From: Tubiluchus corallicola
Taxonomy: Eukaryota; Animalia; Priapulida
NCBI GenBank assembly: GCA_030141605.1
Contig: JAQGDQ010000218.1
Location: 248,001-312,000, forward strand
Direction of reading: 5' to 3'
DNA length: 64,000 nucleotides
In this document: in pieces, positions 37,701-51,858 of the stretch
How positions within the stretch are numbered: the stretch's first letter is position 1
Layout of the letters: the number at the start of each line of letters is the position of its first letter
The notes under the pieces: generated by a model
Told to the model about the DNA's origin: nothing
Database searches by the model: none
Seen by the model: only the letters and a program-made list of their open reading frames with translations
Position numbers and translations under genes: made by a program

Positions 37701-40700
37701 AAAACAGACATGAATTAAATCAACGTAGTTCAGGATGGGCACAGGCTTATCGGCACCAGAGTAATGAGAAATAAAATAGAAAAGAATTAAATCAACATAG
37801 CTTAGGATGGGCACAAGATCGTCTGCACCACTGTAATGAAAAATAAAACAGACATGAATTAAATCAACGCAGTTTAGGATGGGCACAAGATCGTCTGCAC
37901 CACTGTAATGGAAAATAAAACAGACATGAATTAAATCAACGTAGTTTAGAATGGGCACAAGATCGTCTGCACCACTGTAATGGAAAATAAAACAGACATG
38001 AATTAAATCAACGTAGTTCAGGATGGGCACAGGCTTATCGGCACCAGAGTAATGAGAAATAAAATAGAAAAGAATTAAATCAACATAGCTTAGGATGGGC
38101 ACAAGATCGTCTGCACCACTGTAATGGAAAATAAAACAGACACGCATTGCTGTAAGAAACACGCTACGAATGGTACAAAAAGTTAGATACACGATGTTTA
38201 CACTTCATTTGAACTACCTGAACAGCTGAAATTTTTTGGCAATTTTTAACATCTAAGAGGAAAAAAGGTAAGCTGGATAAATACTACTAAAACCTTGAGA
38301 AAATGCTTACAAAATTTTCGGCTATGAAACTTATATTATATACATACACATATATATATATATATATATAATTTTTATTTGCCATTAAAATACATTGATA
38401 ATCACTGATAAAAACTTTACAAAGATGATCAATCAGTGTTAGTTAATAAAAACTTGCACTGCTGAAGGCGAATGCATCAGTGCAATCTAAACTACTGTGC
38501 AGTAATGGAAAGTAACGACGAATAAAATCAAACATATTTACAACTATGCACAAAAAAATGAAAAAATTATGATTTAATTAATACCACCGTGGATGTATAA
38601 ATTCTGAATTAGTGTGTATGTTGTCATGCTGGTGTGATGGTATTTCATATCTGGTTAATATTAGTGATTTTAATTTTGTTTTAAATGCTGATAGGGACTT
38701 GATTTGTTTAACCTGTTAATAATGATTTTCAACGAAAACGAAACTGAACCAAAAGTGCAATTATCGGCAAACGGAAACCAAATTTTCGTATTCGTAACAT
38801 CCCTGCTGACGCCAAAAACAATGATGAAAAATGACGTGTAAAAACACGCAAGACAAAAACAATGTAAAACTGAACTTGCCAAAAACAATGATGAAAAATG
38901 ACATGTAAAAACACGCAAGACAAAAACAATGTAAAACTGAACTTGCCAAAAACAATGATGAAAAATGACGTGTAAAAACACGCAAGACAAAAACAATGTA
39001 AAACTGAACTTGGCAAAAACAATGATGAAAAATGACGTGTAAAAACACGCAAGACAAAAACAATGTAAAACTGAACTTGGCAAAAACACTGATGAAAAAT
39101 GACGTGTAAAAACACGCAAGACAAAAACAATGTAAAACTGAACTTGGCAAAAACAATGATGAAAAATGACGTGTAAAAACACGCAAGACAAAAACAATGT
39201 AAAACTGAACTTGCCAAAAACAATGATGAAAAATGACGTGTAAAAACAAGCAAGACAAAAACAATGTAAAACTGAACTTGCCAAAAACACTGATGAAAAA
39301 TGACGTGTAAAAACATGCAAGACGAAAACAATGTAAAACTGAACTTGTGTTATTAGTAAAACTTACATTGAATTCCCCTGATGCTGTTGTCCTTTTGCAC
39401 TAAAGTACTCATCAACATTCATGCATATAATCTTGCATACTTGTACTGTGAGATACAAAGAAACAAATACAATAGTTTAAAAGTTGTTAATTATGTTATA
39501 AAGACAGACAGAATGCCCATCACGACTGTCTGTCCATCTGTGCATTGCCTGCCTTCGTTTGCAGTGGTCACAATGGCTTTTTAATTTATATAGTTTGGCA
39601 TTTTAACAAAACCAAATTTAGAATATTCACTTGAATTTAAAAGAAAACAAGACCCAATCTTAAACTGTAAGTCAAAATAATCTACTCCTTAAAATATTGA
39701 AAGGAAACGTACTATTTTTTCAAGAATGACTTACGTGAAAGAATTATTGCCACACAAACACAATTTCGCATTCGTGCCACTAGTTCTTCGCTGTTACATG
39801 CATTTCGCCATTCGCTAGTTAGATGGGCACTAGCACCTGAATTTTGGAAATGCATTGCACAAAAAACAAGCGATGTACCTCTCAATTTAGATGTGTTTTG
39901 TCGACTCCCAGTTTAGAGGTGTCTTGTTCACTCTCAATCTAGAGGTGTTAGTTTGTGACGTAGTGCACAGCTTCGACAGCTCTTGCATAAGCACAGCAGT
40001 AAATTATAAACTTGAATTTTTATCTTAAAACTTGTCTAGTTTTAGTTTAACACAATGAATCTCTTACAGTAGCAGTGTACTTCAATTTTCGTTTTCACAA
40101 ACACGTGCAACACAATATTTTTACTGTTGAGATTTATGTTAGTTTGTGATGTCATCAATAATTGGGCTCGCTCCCCGTTATCATTTAATTAACAGAAACG
40201 CTTTTGCAGTATTAATCGTGTTAAAATTATACTTTATATCAGACTTGAAAATGGGGGGGGGGGTGTATGAAAAATCATCCTGTCCTCTTTTAATTACCAC
40301 AGGTGAAAAGTTCACTAATAGACAAAGATTTGTTGTCAGAATTTTAGAAATACTTACCAATGATTTCTAATTTGCTGAGAGGACAAATACAATTGATAAG
40401 CTTTCTCAGTTCAAAGATGGCAGCACTGTACGGTATCTCCTCACTATCTAATAAACTCAACTTCTTCTTCACGGTTAGGTGATAAGGCAATGCACCTTGG
40501 TACAGCGTCATGGTTTTTGCCAAATTTATTTCCCTCGATTTGTAGACCAACCTGTGCAAGAAAATAGTTAGTAACTTTTATTTCAACTCAAAAGATTTAG
40601 TGTCTACTCACTAATAGCTACTGCAGTTATTTGCAGGAGCGTATCAAGACTCCCTAGGCTGATACTTCTGTCCTGCCAATCTTTATTGCAAATTTATGGT

Positions 40701-43700
40701 TGCTTATATAATAAGCAATTTAAACAATTACTTGTGGTGTATTAGAAATATTATTAAACTAGTTTCTATGTGGTTATTATTAATTACATGTATTTGCACA
40801 GCGCTTACATTCAAGCAAGCTGCGAAGCTTGTTGTGTAATACCTTAGACCTGTTCATTATGTGGTACTTATAGAAAAGCTGGATGCAGTAACTGCTTGTG
40901 GTGTGTTACAAAATGTGCCCTTTACATGAATATAAAAGTATACACATCTCTATTGTGAATTTATATGGTTATTTATATAATAAGCAAATTAAACAATTAC
41001 TTGTGGTGCATTAGAAATATTATTAAACTAGTTTCTACGTGGTTATTATTAATTACATGTATTTGCATAGCACTTATATTCAAGCAGGCTGCGATGCCTA
41101 TTGTGAATTTATGGTTGTTTGCTATAGTAATTTCACATGACTGCAAATAATGCAATTACAAGTTTCACTGTTGTGCCTGATTAACTTGCTGGCTATTGAG
41201 AAATTCACTTTTCACACAATATTCATTAATTTTATTACAATGAGAATCTGCGGGTAAAAACAACCAGCGGATCTATTATTAAGAGGGGTTCTTATTGTAA
41301 CGATCAATGCACCAATGCTGGTTAAATCATGTAAATTAAACATTTTATTCATAATTCTACTATTAATTTCTTTCTCTTTGTTTGAAACATCTATCTTTCT
41401 TACCAATGTCTGGCTAGACTTGCTAGCGATCTCTCCTCTGCCAAGCTCTGCATGGAGCGACCTTGAGACAATTTCATGTAGTATTGATGTGGTTGCTATA
41501 GCAACAGGTTAGAGACAAAATTACTTGGCATAAAGTTTAAACGCCGCTGTCACTTGATGCAAACGGCTAGAATTTAGTACATGGTCAGTCGGGAAGCAAA
41601 AACATTATAATAATTGCACTGTTTACGTTACTAATACATTTTTAGAACAAAATAAAGCAATATGTACCATTTTAATGCTTCAAATTTGCGAAAAAAAAGT
41701 TGTTGATAAAATAAAAATGGCCGTGAGCAAGGTAAAAAATTCGTCGTTAAACGAAACTGTGCGTCATTAAGTGAGGAAAAGGTGTCAACTAATAGTACTA
41801 CTTTCACATCGTGAGCAAGGTAAAAAATTCGTCGTTAAACGAAACTGTGCGTCATTAAGTGAGGAAAAGGTGTCAACTAATAGTACTACTTTCACATCGT
41901 GAGCAAGGTAAAAAATTCGTCGTTAAACGAAACTGTGCGTCATTAAGTGAGGAAAAGATGTCAACTAATAGTAGTACTTTCACATTTTTGCTTCAAGATC
42001 ATTTTTGGGTTTTGTGCGTTTTCTGTAAATTTAAGTAAATGAAGTATTTTCATGGTGTACCGGCTGATTTTCCTGAAGCAGTTATTTTATTTAACTATTG
42101 AACTAAACTAAATGATTAAGTTGAACATTTTACAAATAATCAGGTGAGTATTAACCAAATAGGCTAATCAAAATCAAAATGTGTATACTTTTATATTCAT
42201 GTAAAGAGCACATTTTGTAACACACCACAGGCAGTTACTGACCGCAGCTCTTATATAAGTACCAGATAACGAACAGGTGTAAGGTATTACACAACAAGCA
42301 TCGCAGCCTGCTTGAATATAAGTGCTATGCAAATACATGTAATTAATAATAACCATGTAAAAACTAGTTTAATACTGTTTCTAATACACCACAAGTAATT
42401 GTTGACTTTGCTTATTATATAAACAGCCATAAATTCACAATAGAGATGTGTATACTTTATACTCCCTCTCCCTCTCTCTCTTGCCGCACGCGCGCCGTTT
42501 GCCAGTATTGACAAGTATTAAGGACTGGTCTTGAGAATAAAGCAGTTTTTCTTTCAATTGTTCTTTTCTTTAACAACTGTATAACTCCATATTTTCTCTT
42601 CGACCGGCATTCTAGCAGTTCAAAAATTTTCAGGGCGCCCCGAGGGGGCCTTACACGCCCGACTTCCCCGGGCCTCGCTTAGACTGAAATAGGCCCTGAT
42701 AATCGTAAATAAAAATGTGCAACGCCGCACACTTGACAAATACAATTATCCGAGATCTCTGTCTAAATTAAAACACGAACCTGATTACCTGAACAACGGT
42801 AACAAATACGGCCACAGTCTCTCCAGAAAAGGTTGTTCTATTGAAGCGTGTACTTGATCGCGACCAATCGGTGTATCTAACTGCTCATACGCTAAAATAA
42901 ACAATTCATACAAGCGATCCATGTAGAGTCGAACGTCATTAATGATATTCTTTGAATGTCGCATCAAAGCTTCTTCTTCCAGGGAGCAGAGACCGTGACG
43001 CGTATCCTGGAAACGAAAATAAATGTAATTCGCACCAGCAAAGCTTGATCCTTCTACAGTAAGTCCTCGCTTAACGACGCTAATGCGTTCCAGCAAAACA
43101 CGGCGTTAAGTGAAACGTCGTTAAACGAAACTGTGCGTCATTAAGTGAGGAAAAGGTGTCAACTGTTCAGAGTGGTTAAGCGTCCCGGGACTTCACTGTA
43201 TGTATAATAAAAATAATTAACAGTTCAAACTAATTTTAATGTTAATAATTAAATTAACAGTAGCTAAGTACACAGAAGAAAGCTATTATAACAGCTAATG
43301 TCCATAAATGTCTGTACTTTCCGTTCATAAGTTTTTTTGTATATTTGTTAGCCTACAATACTTACTTTTTAAAAATTATTCAAAATTTTTTTAAAATTTT
43401 CTTAATTTTTTTTGATACATTTGCTAAGTTTAAGTGATACGTTTAGGTAAAAACACAACATACTGAGTGACTTGTTCTTTCCTTTAAATTTCGTACCTTG
43501 ACCTCCTCACTGCTGGGTGATTCCTCAGCTGCCGTATCACCTGTAAGTTGCCTGACTAGCCTACTGCCTTTCTCTAAAGCCTTTTCCGCATCATCTATAG
43601 ATGAAGCTACCGCATCTGCAAGATCACTACCGTCATCACCGGTCCCAGCATCACCAGGCACATGCAAATGATCACCAGACTCTAGTAGCTCCGTGTTTTG

Positions 43701-46700
43701 ATTGGTAGGTGGACTGGAATCATCGTCAGTGAGCCGTCGATCGTCATGAACATCGTCGTCACCGTCGTCATCATCATCATCATCGTCATCGTCGCTGGAT
43801 GAGTTATGTCGATGAAGTGCGCTCCCTGGTTCTATGCCACAAAACGGCACCCGAACGTAAAAGCATTCATTCAATCTGTCCACAACTAACGGTTTTAATT
43901 TGTCGTATATGACATACTGGTATTTCCTAAGAAGCTGGCACAGTGGATGGCCATCCGTACTGTAACGTAAAAAATTCCTTATTACATGTGTAACTGCACT
44001 AGCCGTACGTTGGGATTGAGGTGGGTTGCTACATTGCTACTTGAGGTGGGATTGAGGTGGGTTGCTACGCCTTCAAGGGGTGAAAAACTATTTTAACGCA
44101 GAAACACAGTGAAGATCTGTAATCAGATTACCCAAACGTCTTTACGGCTACAGAACAGGTGAAGACATATGATGGCATTCGCAAACATAGCTCCGTACAA
44201 ACGTCCCGTAATTACTAACATATTCCCTGTATTTACTACATAAATTCACTGTATAACTAATGTATTCACCGTATTTACTACACAAATTCATCATATTACT
44301 AAAGTATTCAATGTATTTGCTGCATAAATTCACTGTATTACTAACGTATTCACCGTATTTACTACACAAATTCATCATATTACTAAAGTATTCAATGTAT
44401 TTGCTGCATAAATTCACTGTATTACTAACGTATTCACCTTATTTACTACATAAATTCACTATATTACTAATGTATTCACTGTATTACTAACCTATTCACC
44501 GTATTTACTACATAAATTCACTATATTACTAATGTATTCACCTTATTTACTACATAAATTCACTATATTACTAATGTATTCAACGTATTTACTACATAAA
44601 TTCACTATATTACTAATGTATTCAACGTATTTACTACATAAATTCACTATATTACTAATGTATTCAACGTATTTACTACATAAATTCACTATATTACTAA
44701 TGTATTCACCTTATTTACTACATAAATTCACTATATTGCTAATGTATTCAACGTATTTACTACATAAATTCACTATATTACTAATGTATTCACCTTATTT
44801 ACTACATAAATTCACTATATTACTAATGTATTCACCTTATTTACTACATAAATTCACTATATTACTAATGTATTCACCGTATTTACTACATAAATTCACT
44901 ATATTACTAATGTATTCACCGTATTTACTACATAAATTCACTATATTACTAATGTATTCACCGTATTTACTACATAAATTACTATATTACTAATGTATTC
45001 ACCGTATTTACTACATAAATTCACTATATTACTAATGTATTCAACTTATTTACTACATAAATTCACTATATTACTAATGTATTCACCGTATTTACTACAT
45101 ATTCACTATATTACTAATGTATTCACCGTATTTACTACATAAATTCACTATATTACTAATGTATTCACCTTATTTACTACATAAATTCACTATATTACTA
45201 ATGTATTCACCGTATTTACTACATAAATTCACTATATTACTAATGTATTCACCTTATTTACTACATAAATTCACTATATTACTAATGTATTCACCCAAAC
45301 GTGAAATTGTGTGTGTGGTAATAATTCTTTCACGCAAGTCATTTTTGAAAAAATAGTTTGTTTTCTTTCAATATTTCAAAGTGTAAATTGTTTTGACCTG
45401 CAGTTTAAGATTGGGTTCAATTTTGTTTTAAATAGCATCTTGACTTCTTTTACTGTCATGACTGGACATTGTACTTCTTTTACTGTCATGACTGTACAAT
45501 GTACTTCTTTTACTGCCATGACTGTACAATGTACTTCTTTTACTGCCATGACTGTTCATTGTACTTCTTTTACTGTCATGACTGTACATTGTACTTCTTT
45601 TACTGTCATGACTGGACATTGTACTTCTTTTACTGTCATGACTGTACATTGTACTTCTTTTACTGTCATGACTGTACAATGTACTTCTTTTACTGCCATG
45701 ACTGTTCATTGTACTTCTTTTACTGTCATGACTGTACATTGTACTTCTTTTACTGTCATGACTGTACATTGTACTTCTTTTACTGCCATGACTGTTCATT
45801 GTACTTCTTTTACTGTCATGACTGTACATTGTACTTCTTTTACTGTCATGACTGTACATTGTACTTCTTTTACTGTCATGACTGTACATTGTACTTCTTT
45901 TACTGTCATGACTGTACATTGTACTTCTTTTACTGTCATGACTGTACATTGTACTTCTTTTACTGTCATGACTGTACATTGTACTTCTTTTACTGTCATG
46001 ACTGTACATTGTACTTCTTTTACTGTCATGACTGTACATTGTACTTCTTTTACTGTCATGACTGTACATTGTACTTCTTTTACTGTCATGACTGTACATT
46101 GTACTTCTTTTACTGTCATGACTGTACATTGTACTTCTTTTACTGTCATGACTGTACATTGTACTTCTTTTACTGTCATGACTGGACATTGTACTTCTTT
46201 TACTGCCATGACTGTATATTGTACTTCTTTTACTGTCGTGACTGTACATTGTACTTCTTTTACTGTTATGACTGTACATTGTACTTCTTTTACTGTCATG
46301 ACTGGACATTGTACTTCTTTTACTGTCATGACTGGACATTGTACTTCTTTTACTGTCATGACTGTACATTGTACTTCTTTTACTGTCATGACTGTACATT
46401 GTACTTCTTTTACTGTTATGACTGTACATTGTACTTCTTTTACTGTCATGACTGGACATTGTACTTCTTTTACTGTCATGACTGTACATTGTACTTCTTT
46501 TACTGTCATGACTGTACATTGTACTTCTTTTACTGTCGTGACTGTACATTGTACTTCTTTTACTGTCGTGACTGTACATAGTACTTCTTTTACTGTCATG
46601 ACTGTACATTGTACTTCTTTTACTGTCATGACTGGACATTGTACTTCTTTTACTGTCATGACTGTACATTGTACTTCTTTTACTGTCGTGACTGTACATT

Positions 46701-49700
46701 GTACTTCTTTTACTGTCATGACTGTACATTGTACTTCTTTTACTGTCGTGACTGTACATTGTACTTCTTTTACTGTCATGACTGGACATTGTACTTCTTT
46801 TACTGTCGTGACTGTACATTGTACTTCTTTTACTGTCATGACTGGACATTGTACTTCTTTTACTGTCGTGACTGTACATTGTACTTCTTTTACTGTCATG
46901 ACTGTACATTGTACTTCTTTTACTGTCATGACTGTACATTGTACTTCTTTTACTGTCATGACTGTACATTGTACTTCTTTTACTGTCGTGACTGTACATT
47001 GTACTTCTTTTACTGTCATGACTGGACATTGTACTTCTTTTACTGTCATGACTGGACATTGGACTTATGTGGACAAATGAGTAAAGAAATCAGAAGTCAA
47101 TATGTGAGTTTAAACTTTTAGTATCAGTTACCTACATAGATAAATACTCTAAGCTCATCATCTTACCTGACTATGAGCTTTATAAGATGGTCTATAAACA
47201 CCGTATCTTGCTGACTCTCTTTTAACCTTGCCCTCCAATCGAGAAGCCACGCCTGTAAGAGAAACCACACCTGTAAGAGAAGCCACGCCTGTAAGAGAAG
47301 CCACGCCTGTAAGAGAAACCACACCTGTAAGAGAAGCCACACCTGTAAGAGAAGCCACACCTGTAAGAGAAGCCACACCTGTAAGAGAAACCACGCCTGT
47401 AAGAGAAACCACACCTGTAAGAGAAGCCACACCTGTAAGAGAAGCCACACCTGTAAGAGAAGCCACGCCTGTAAGAGAAACCACACCTGTAAGAGAAGCC
47501 ACACCCGTAAGAGAAGCCACGCCTGTAAGAGAAACCACGAATTCTGTAGCAAGTACCTCATTCAAACCATTTTAAAACATTTTTCATCTTTTATAGTTAA
47601 AACATCACAACTTTATTAAAACTTTTACTTTAACGTAGTTAAAAATCATATCAAACATTTCGACAGAGCTACCGCTATCATCATCAATAGTACATTTTTA
47701 CAAACATACAACCTGTTTACATAGGCAGAAGTTACAGTATAAAACATTATGCACTAATTATCTATTTAAGAGAAGCAAAATAGGTCATGAATTACAGACC
47801 AAAAGAAAAGAAATTGATACAATAAATTATGCATAATGCATGCTTTTGTAAGTACATAATTAGTGCATAATCTACTGTATCAATTTCTTTTTTTCAGGTC
47901 TACTTAATCACTATCTATTTGTCTTTTGTAAATACATAATTAGTGCATAATCTACTGTATCAATTTCTTTTCTACTGGTCTGCTTAATCATTACCTATTT
48001 GACTTCTGATAATACATAATGTTCTATACTGTAGGTTCTGCCTTTGTAAACTGGTTGTATGTTTGTAAGATTTACTATTGATGATGACAGCGGTAGTTCT
48101 CCTTAAACGCTTGACATGATTTTTTTAACTATGTAAATTAAAAGTTTAAATAAACGTGAAGTGCTTAACTAGACATATCCAAATATATTAACAACCAACC
48201 TGATCTTGTTCATACTCTAATATAGCTAAATAGATTTGCTTCTTCTCATCTTCTTGCCTAGTACCAGTACCGCCACCAAATTTCCTAAAAGACCAAGAAC
48301 CTATTACAAAAATGTGCAAACAATACAGAATTACAGAAATTGTTGCGCTTTGTTTCTCTCGTACGGCTCGTAGAGAAACCCAGAAAACACTTCATCAAAT
48401 TAAACTAGTTTATTAAGCGAGAATTCTACAACATAAAAGTATGAAGGAACACGAAATGATTACAGTAAACGTGAAAATCTGGAAAACGTTTAAGTGTATC
48501 TGAAATTGCAAGTATACAAGAGAATGTGTAAGTGACGTCTCTGTGAATCTGTGTGTGTCAGCGGCTTGCTTCACCTTATATAGGGTGCCAGGGAACATTC
48601 TAGACGTTTCCTTCTAGAACATTCTACAAGGTAAGACGATTGTTCTAATGGAACATTCTACAATGTTCTATTTAATTCTAATAGATGCCAGCGATCTCCA
48701 CAATAGAAATTTAGTTTTTACATATAATCACAGTCTGAAAGTACCAGTACCACCACCAAACAATACAGAACTAGAGAAATTTAGTTTGTACATATAATCA
48801 CATGTAATAATATATATAATCACATATAATCACAGTTTGAAATCACCTTGCAGCAGCATCTTTGAGCTTTTCTCTTCTTTCTTCTCGTTTTCTTAATAGT
48901 TCCTCGTGTTTACTCTTAGCAATGGCTACATTTTCTAGCAGCCTTCGTTGTAATGAAACACCCTGTAGAATGAAATTGCAAACCAATTTTAAAATTATTT
49001 AGCGGGTCCCCACTCGCTACCTTCAACCTCTCCCAGAGGGGACCGGGTCCCCACTCGCTACCTTCAACCTCTCCCAGAGGGGACCGGGTCCCCACTCGCT
49101 ATCTTCAACATCTCCTTGTTTAACTGAATACCAGCCAAACTTAATGGAAAACACCTAATTGACTCAAAAATGTCTGGAACGGGGCACTCCTATTCAAATG
49201 TACATAAAAACCATCGGTAATTGACTCACATAACTGTGCACAATTGACTCAAATAACACCGAGTAATTGACTCAATATTTTCTCTTGGCGTACTTAAAAT
49301 AAGACACTTGTGTGTGACCAAAGAACTTTTACTGCTTTCATGTCATTTTTACATTGATGTTGTGCACTATAATATACGTAGAAACAGTCATGTTAAGTAC
49401 AGCTTTGTTTGTAAGCAGGTACAGTATCACAAGTACTAATATGTTAGCTTAGCAGTTTTGCTTTGAATCTGTCACCCACTTGTCCACTGCAATTAACCTC
49501 GTTGTTTCTGGAAGCTAAACATTTAATCACTTGACCAGCGGTTTGCTTTTGAAGTTCCTGCTGCTTTTCACAGGGGAAACAAGGTCATCACCAACTGCAG
49601 CTCAAGCACTAGGTGACTACGTGTTTTGAGTGAATATGTACAGTATACAGTAACAGATTTTCAAAGAAATGTTGCAGACCAAAATCAATGCATCTTTAAT

Positions 49701-51801
49701 GCTCAGGTCAAGTGTTCTCCAAGGTCAAACCTCAAGTGCATGCTTAATCTTTCTGAACGGAAATACTCAGTAGCTAAGAAAAAGTTCTTTTTTCAGTTAT
49801 GGAAAGACATTGTTTACAATGTAAATACAGTAAGTCTTTGCTTAATAACTCCCTGTTTAGAGATGTTTCGCTTGACATTTGACTCTTTTAGTCACCTAAC
49901 GATTCACTTTAATGATTTTTTTACTTTGTGTAAAGTCAATTTTTATTTTGTCAGCAACATTTTACCTAATTTCCTGCATTAAAATGGCATATATTGAGTT
50001 ATTTAGTTCTAAAAACGCACTAAAAATGTAAATAGTGCAATTATTATGCTTTTGCTTCCCGAATCTTGATTTGATCAACAAAATTTTTGCCTAATTTGAT
50101 GCATTACGAGAGTACAACTTGCATTATAAAATGTATGTAAAATGTTTGTGTATATATGATACAGTAAGTCCTCGCTTAATGACGCTCCGTTTAGCGACGT
50201 TTCGTTTTAATGACATTTTACGCTTTTTTCAGTTAATGACGCCCGTTTCACTTTAACCATGATTTTTTTACTTTGCTTAAAGTCAATTTTTATTTCATTA
50301 GCAACATTGTTACTTAATTTGATGCATTAAAACATCACACATTGCATTATTCTGTTCTAAAAATGTACTAATAATGTAAACAGTGCAATTATTATACCCG
50401 TTTTTCTTCTTCCCTTCTGCTGACTAAAATAAAATGCCAGCCGTTTATGTCACCTAAAACCTACCAGCAAACTTTGCACATGCAACCTGTTGCTATAGCA
50501 ACCAGACTAAGTATCTAGATAAGATCCCCATGGTTGTCCAGCGCTTGGCTTTGACTCTGCAGTGTTTATTGTTCACACCGCTGTCTAGGCTTAAACGTTA
50601 ACGAAAGAGAAGCTGCTATAGTTAAGAATGGTAAGTAAGATGTATGGGTGGTTTCAGGCAAGCAGAGAGAAATTAATCAGTAGAAATATGAATGAAACTC
50701 ATAAAATGTTTAAGTTACATATTTAATCAGCCTTGATTTTTGCCTCTGGAACGTATCTCAATTCACTTACACTAGTTTCCATGGAAGTCTTGGATTCATG
50801 TAACGATGCTTCGCTTAAAAGAAAACCGGATGATTGTGTCAACATTAGTTCAGAATCAAAAATGCTCTAAAATATTGAAAACTACAACAGCTTTTTTGAA
50901 TCAAAGCTTAGAATAAATAATAATTACCTCGGATAGTTAAATTTCGTTAAACTTTCAAAGCTACGCGCGGCTCAGTGAATCTACTAAGATTAGCAATGGC
51001 GCCTTTTTGTCGCGTGCGCATGGCCGACAAATAGAAGGCGGTACTGCGATAACCATGATCATGAACTGCAGTGTTAGTTTCTAACGTGATATGACGTAGG
51101 GCCCATTTTCGTGACATCATGCATTTAAGCAGTATTGTAACACCTATGCAAATGTGCTTGAAGCGCAAGGGAAGACGCCTGCCATCGCGCAAACTGTGGT
51201 TAGTTTCTGACGTATGCAATAGCTGTGTTCAGTTGCCGTTAATTAACTTTCTAAACTAATTATTCAAATATAAGAAGCAACTGCTAACTTTTATATTTAG
51301 GCAAGAAAACATATGTTTTGGATAGTAAATTAAAATGAGATTGAGTCTAAACAATCATCCACTTTTCCTTTAATGTCACATTTTGCTGGAACGCATTAGC
51401 ATCGTCAAACGAGGATTTACAGGAAAGAATTTAAACCGTAAATTAAAACTGTAAAGCGAAATAAATTAATTTAGTAATTAGCGACAGTTCTGTTAAACGC
51501 ATTCAAATCTTAATAAAAGAAAAATCGATACCAGTTGATATTTGGTTGTCGCTCCATGAGTCCTTGCTATACGAGCTCGATAAGCTGCTATTAATCGTTG
51601 GTTTTCTCTGGATGCAAGTTCAAGCGGGTCGTATTCTGTTCTGAGAAAGAAATTCATAAAAAATAACAATAAATCAAAGACGTAAGAATACAAGTAACAA
51701 ACTGCAATAAGAAATGGGTATTTACTGATATACAATCTGGGTAAACAAATATATTCATTTTTCATTTTTATTCTCCCCAAAGCATTTGTCTAGAGCCTTA
51801 C

Positions 51802-51858
<57 letters not shown>

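Noticed and set aside
36858-38145. CRISPR-like appearance of regular repeats here and in other arrays
   Set aside because: Units are contiguous with no unique spacers, there are no cas genes, and the context is eukaryotic.
38670-39331. Three overlapping hydrophobic ORFs
   Set aside because: Artefacts of a 67-bp repeat cycling through reading frames.
44148-45356. ORFs with [14 protein letters not shown] repeats
   Set aside because: Translations of the 42-bp minisatellite.
45311-47121. Long ORFs of 370-589 aa on both strands
   Set aside because: They are translations of a stop-free 30-bp minisatellite inside an intron, with no unique coding sequence or splice support.
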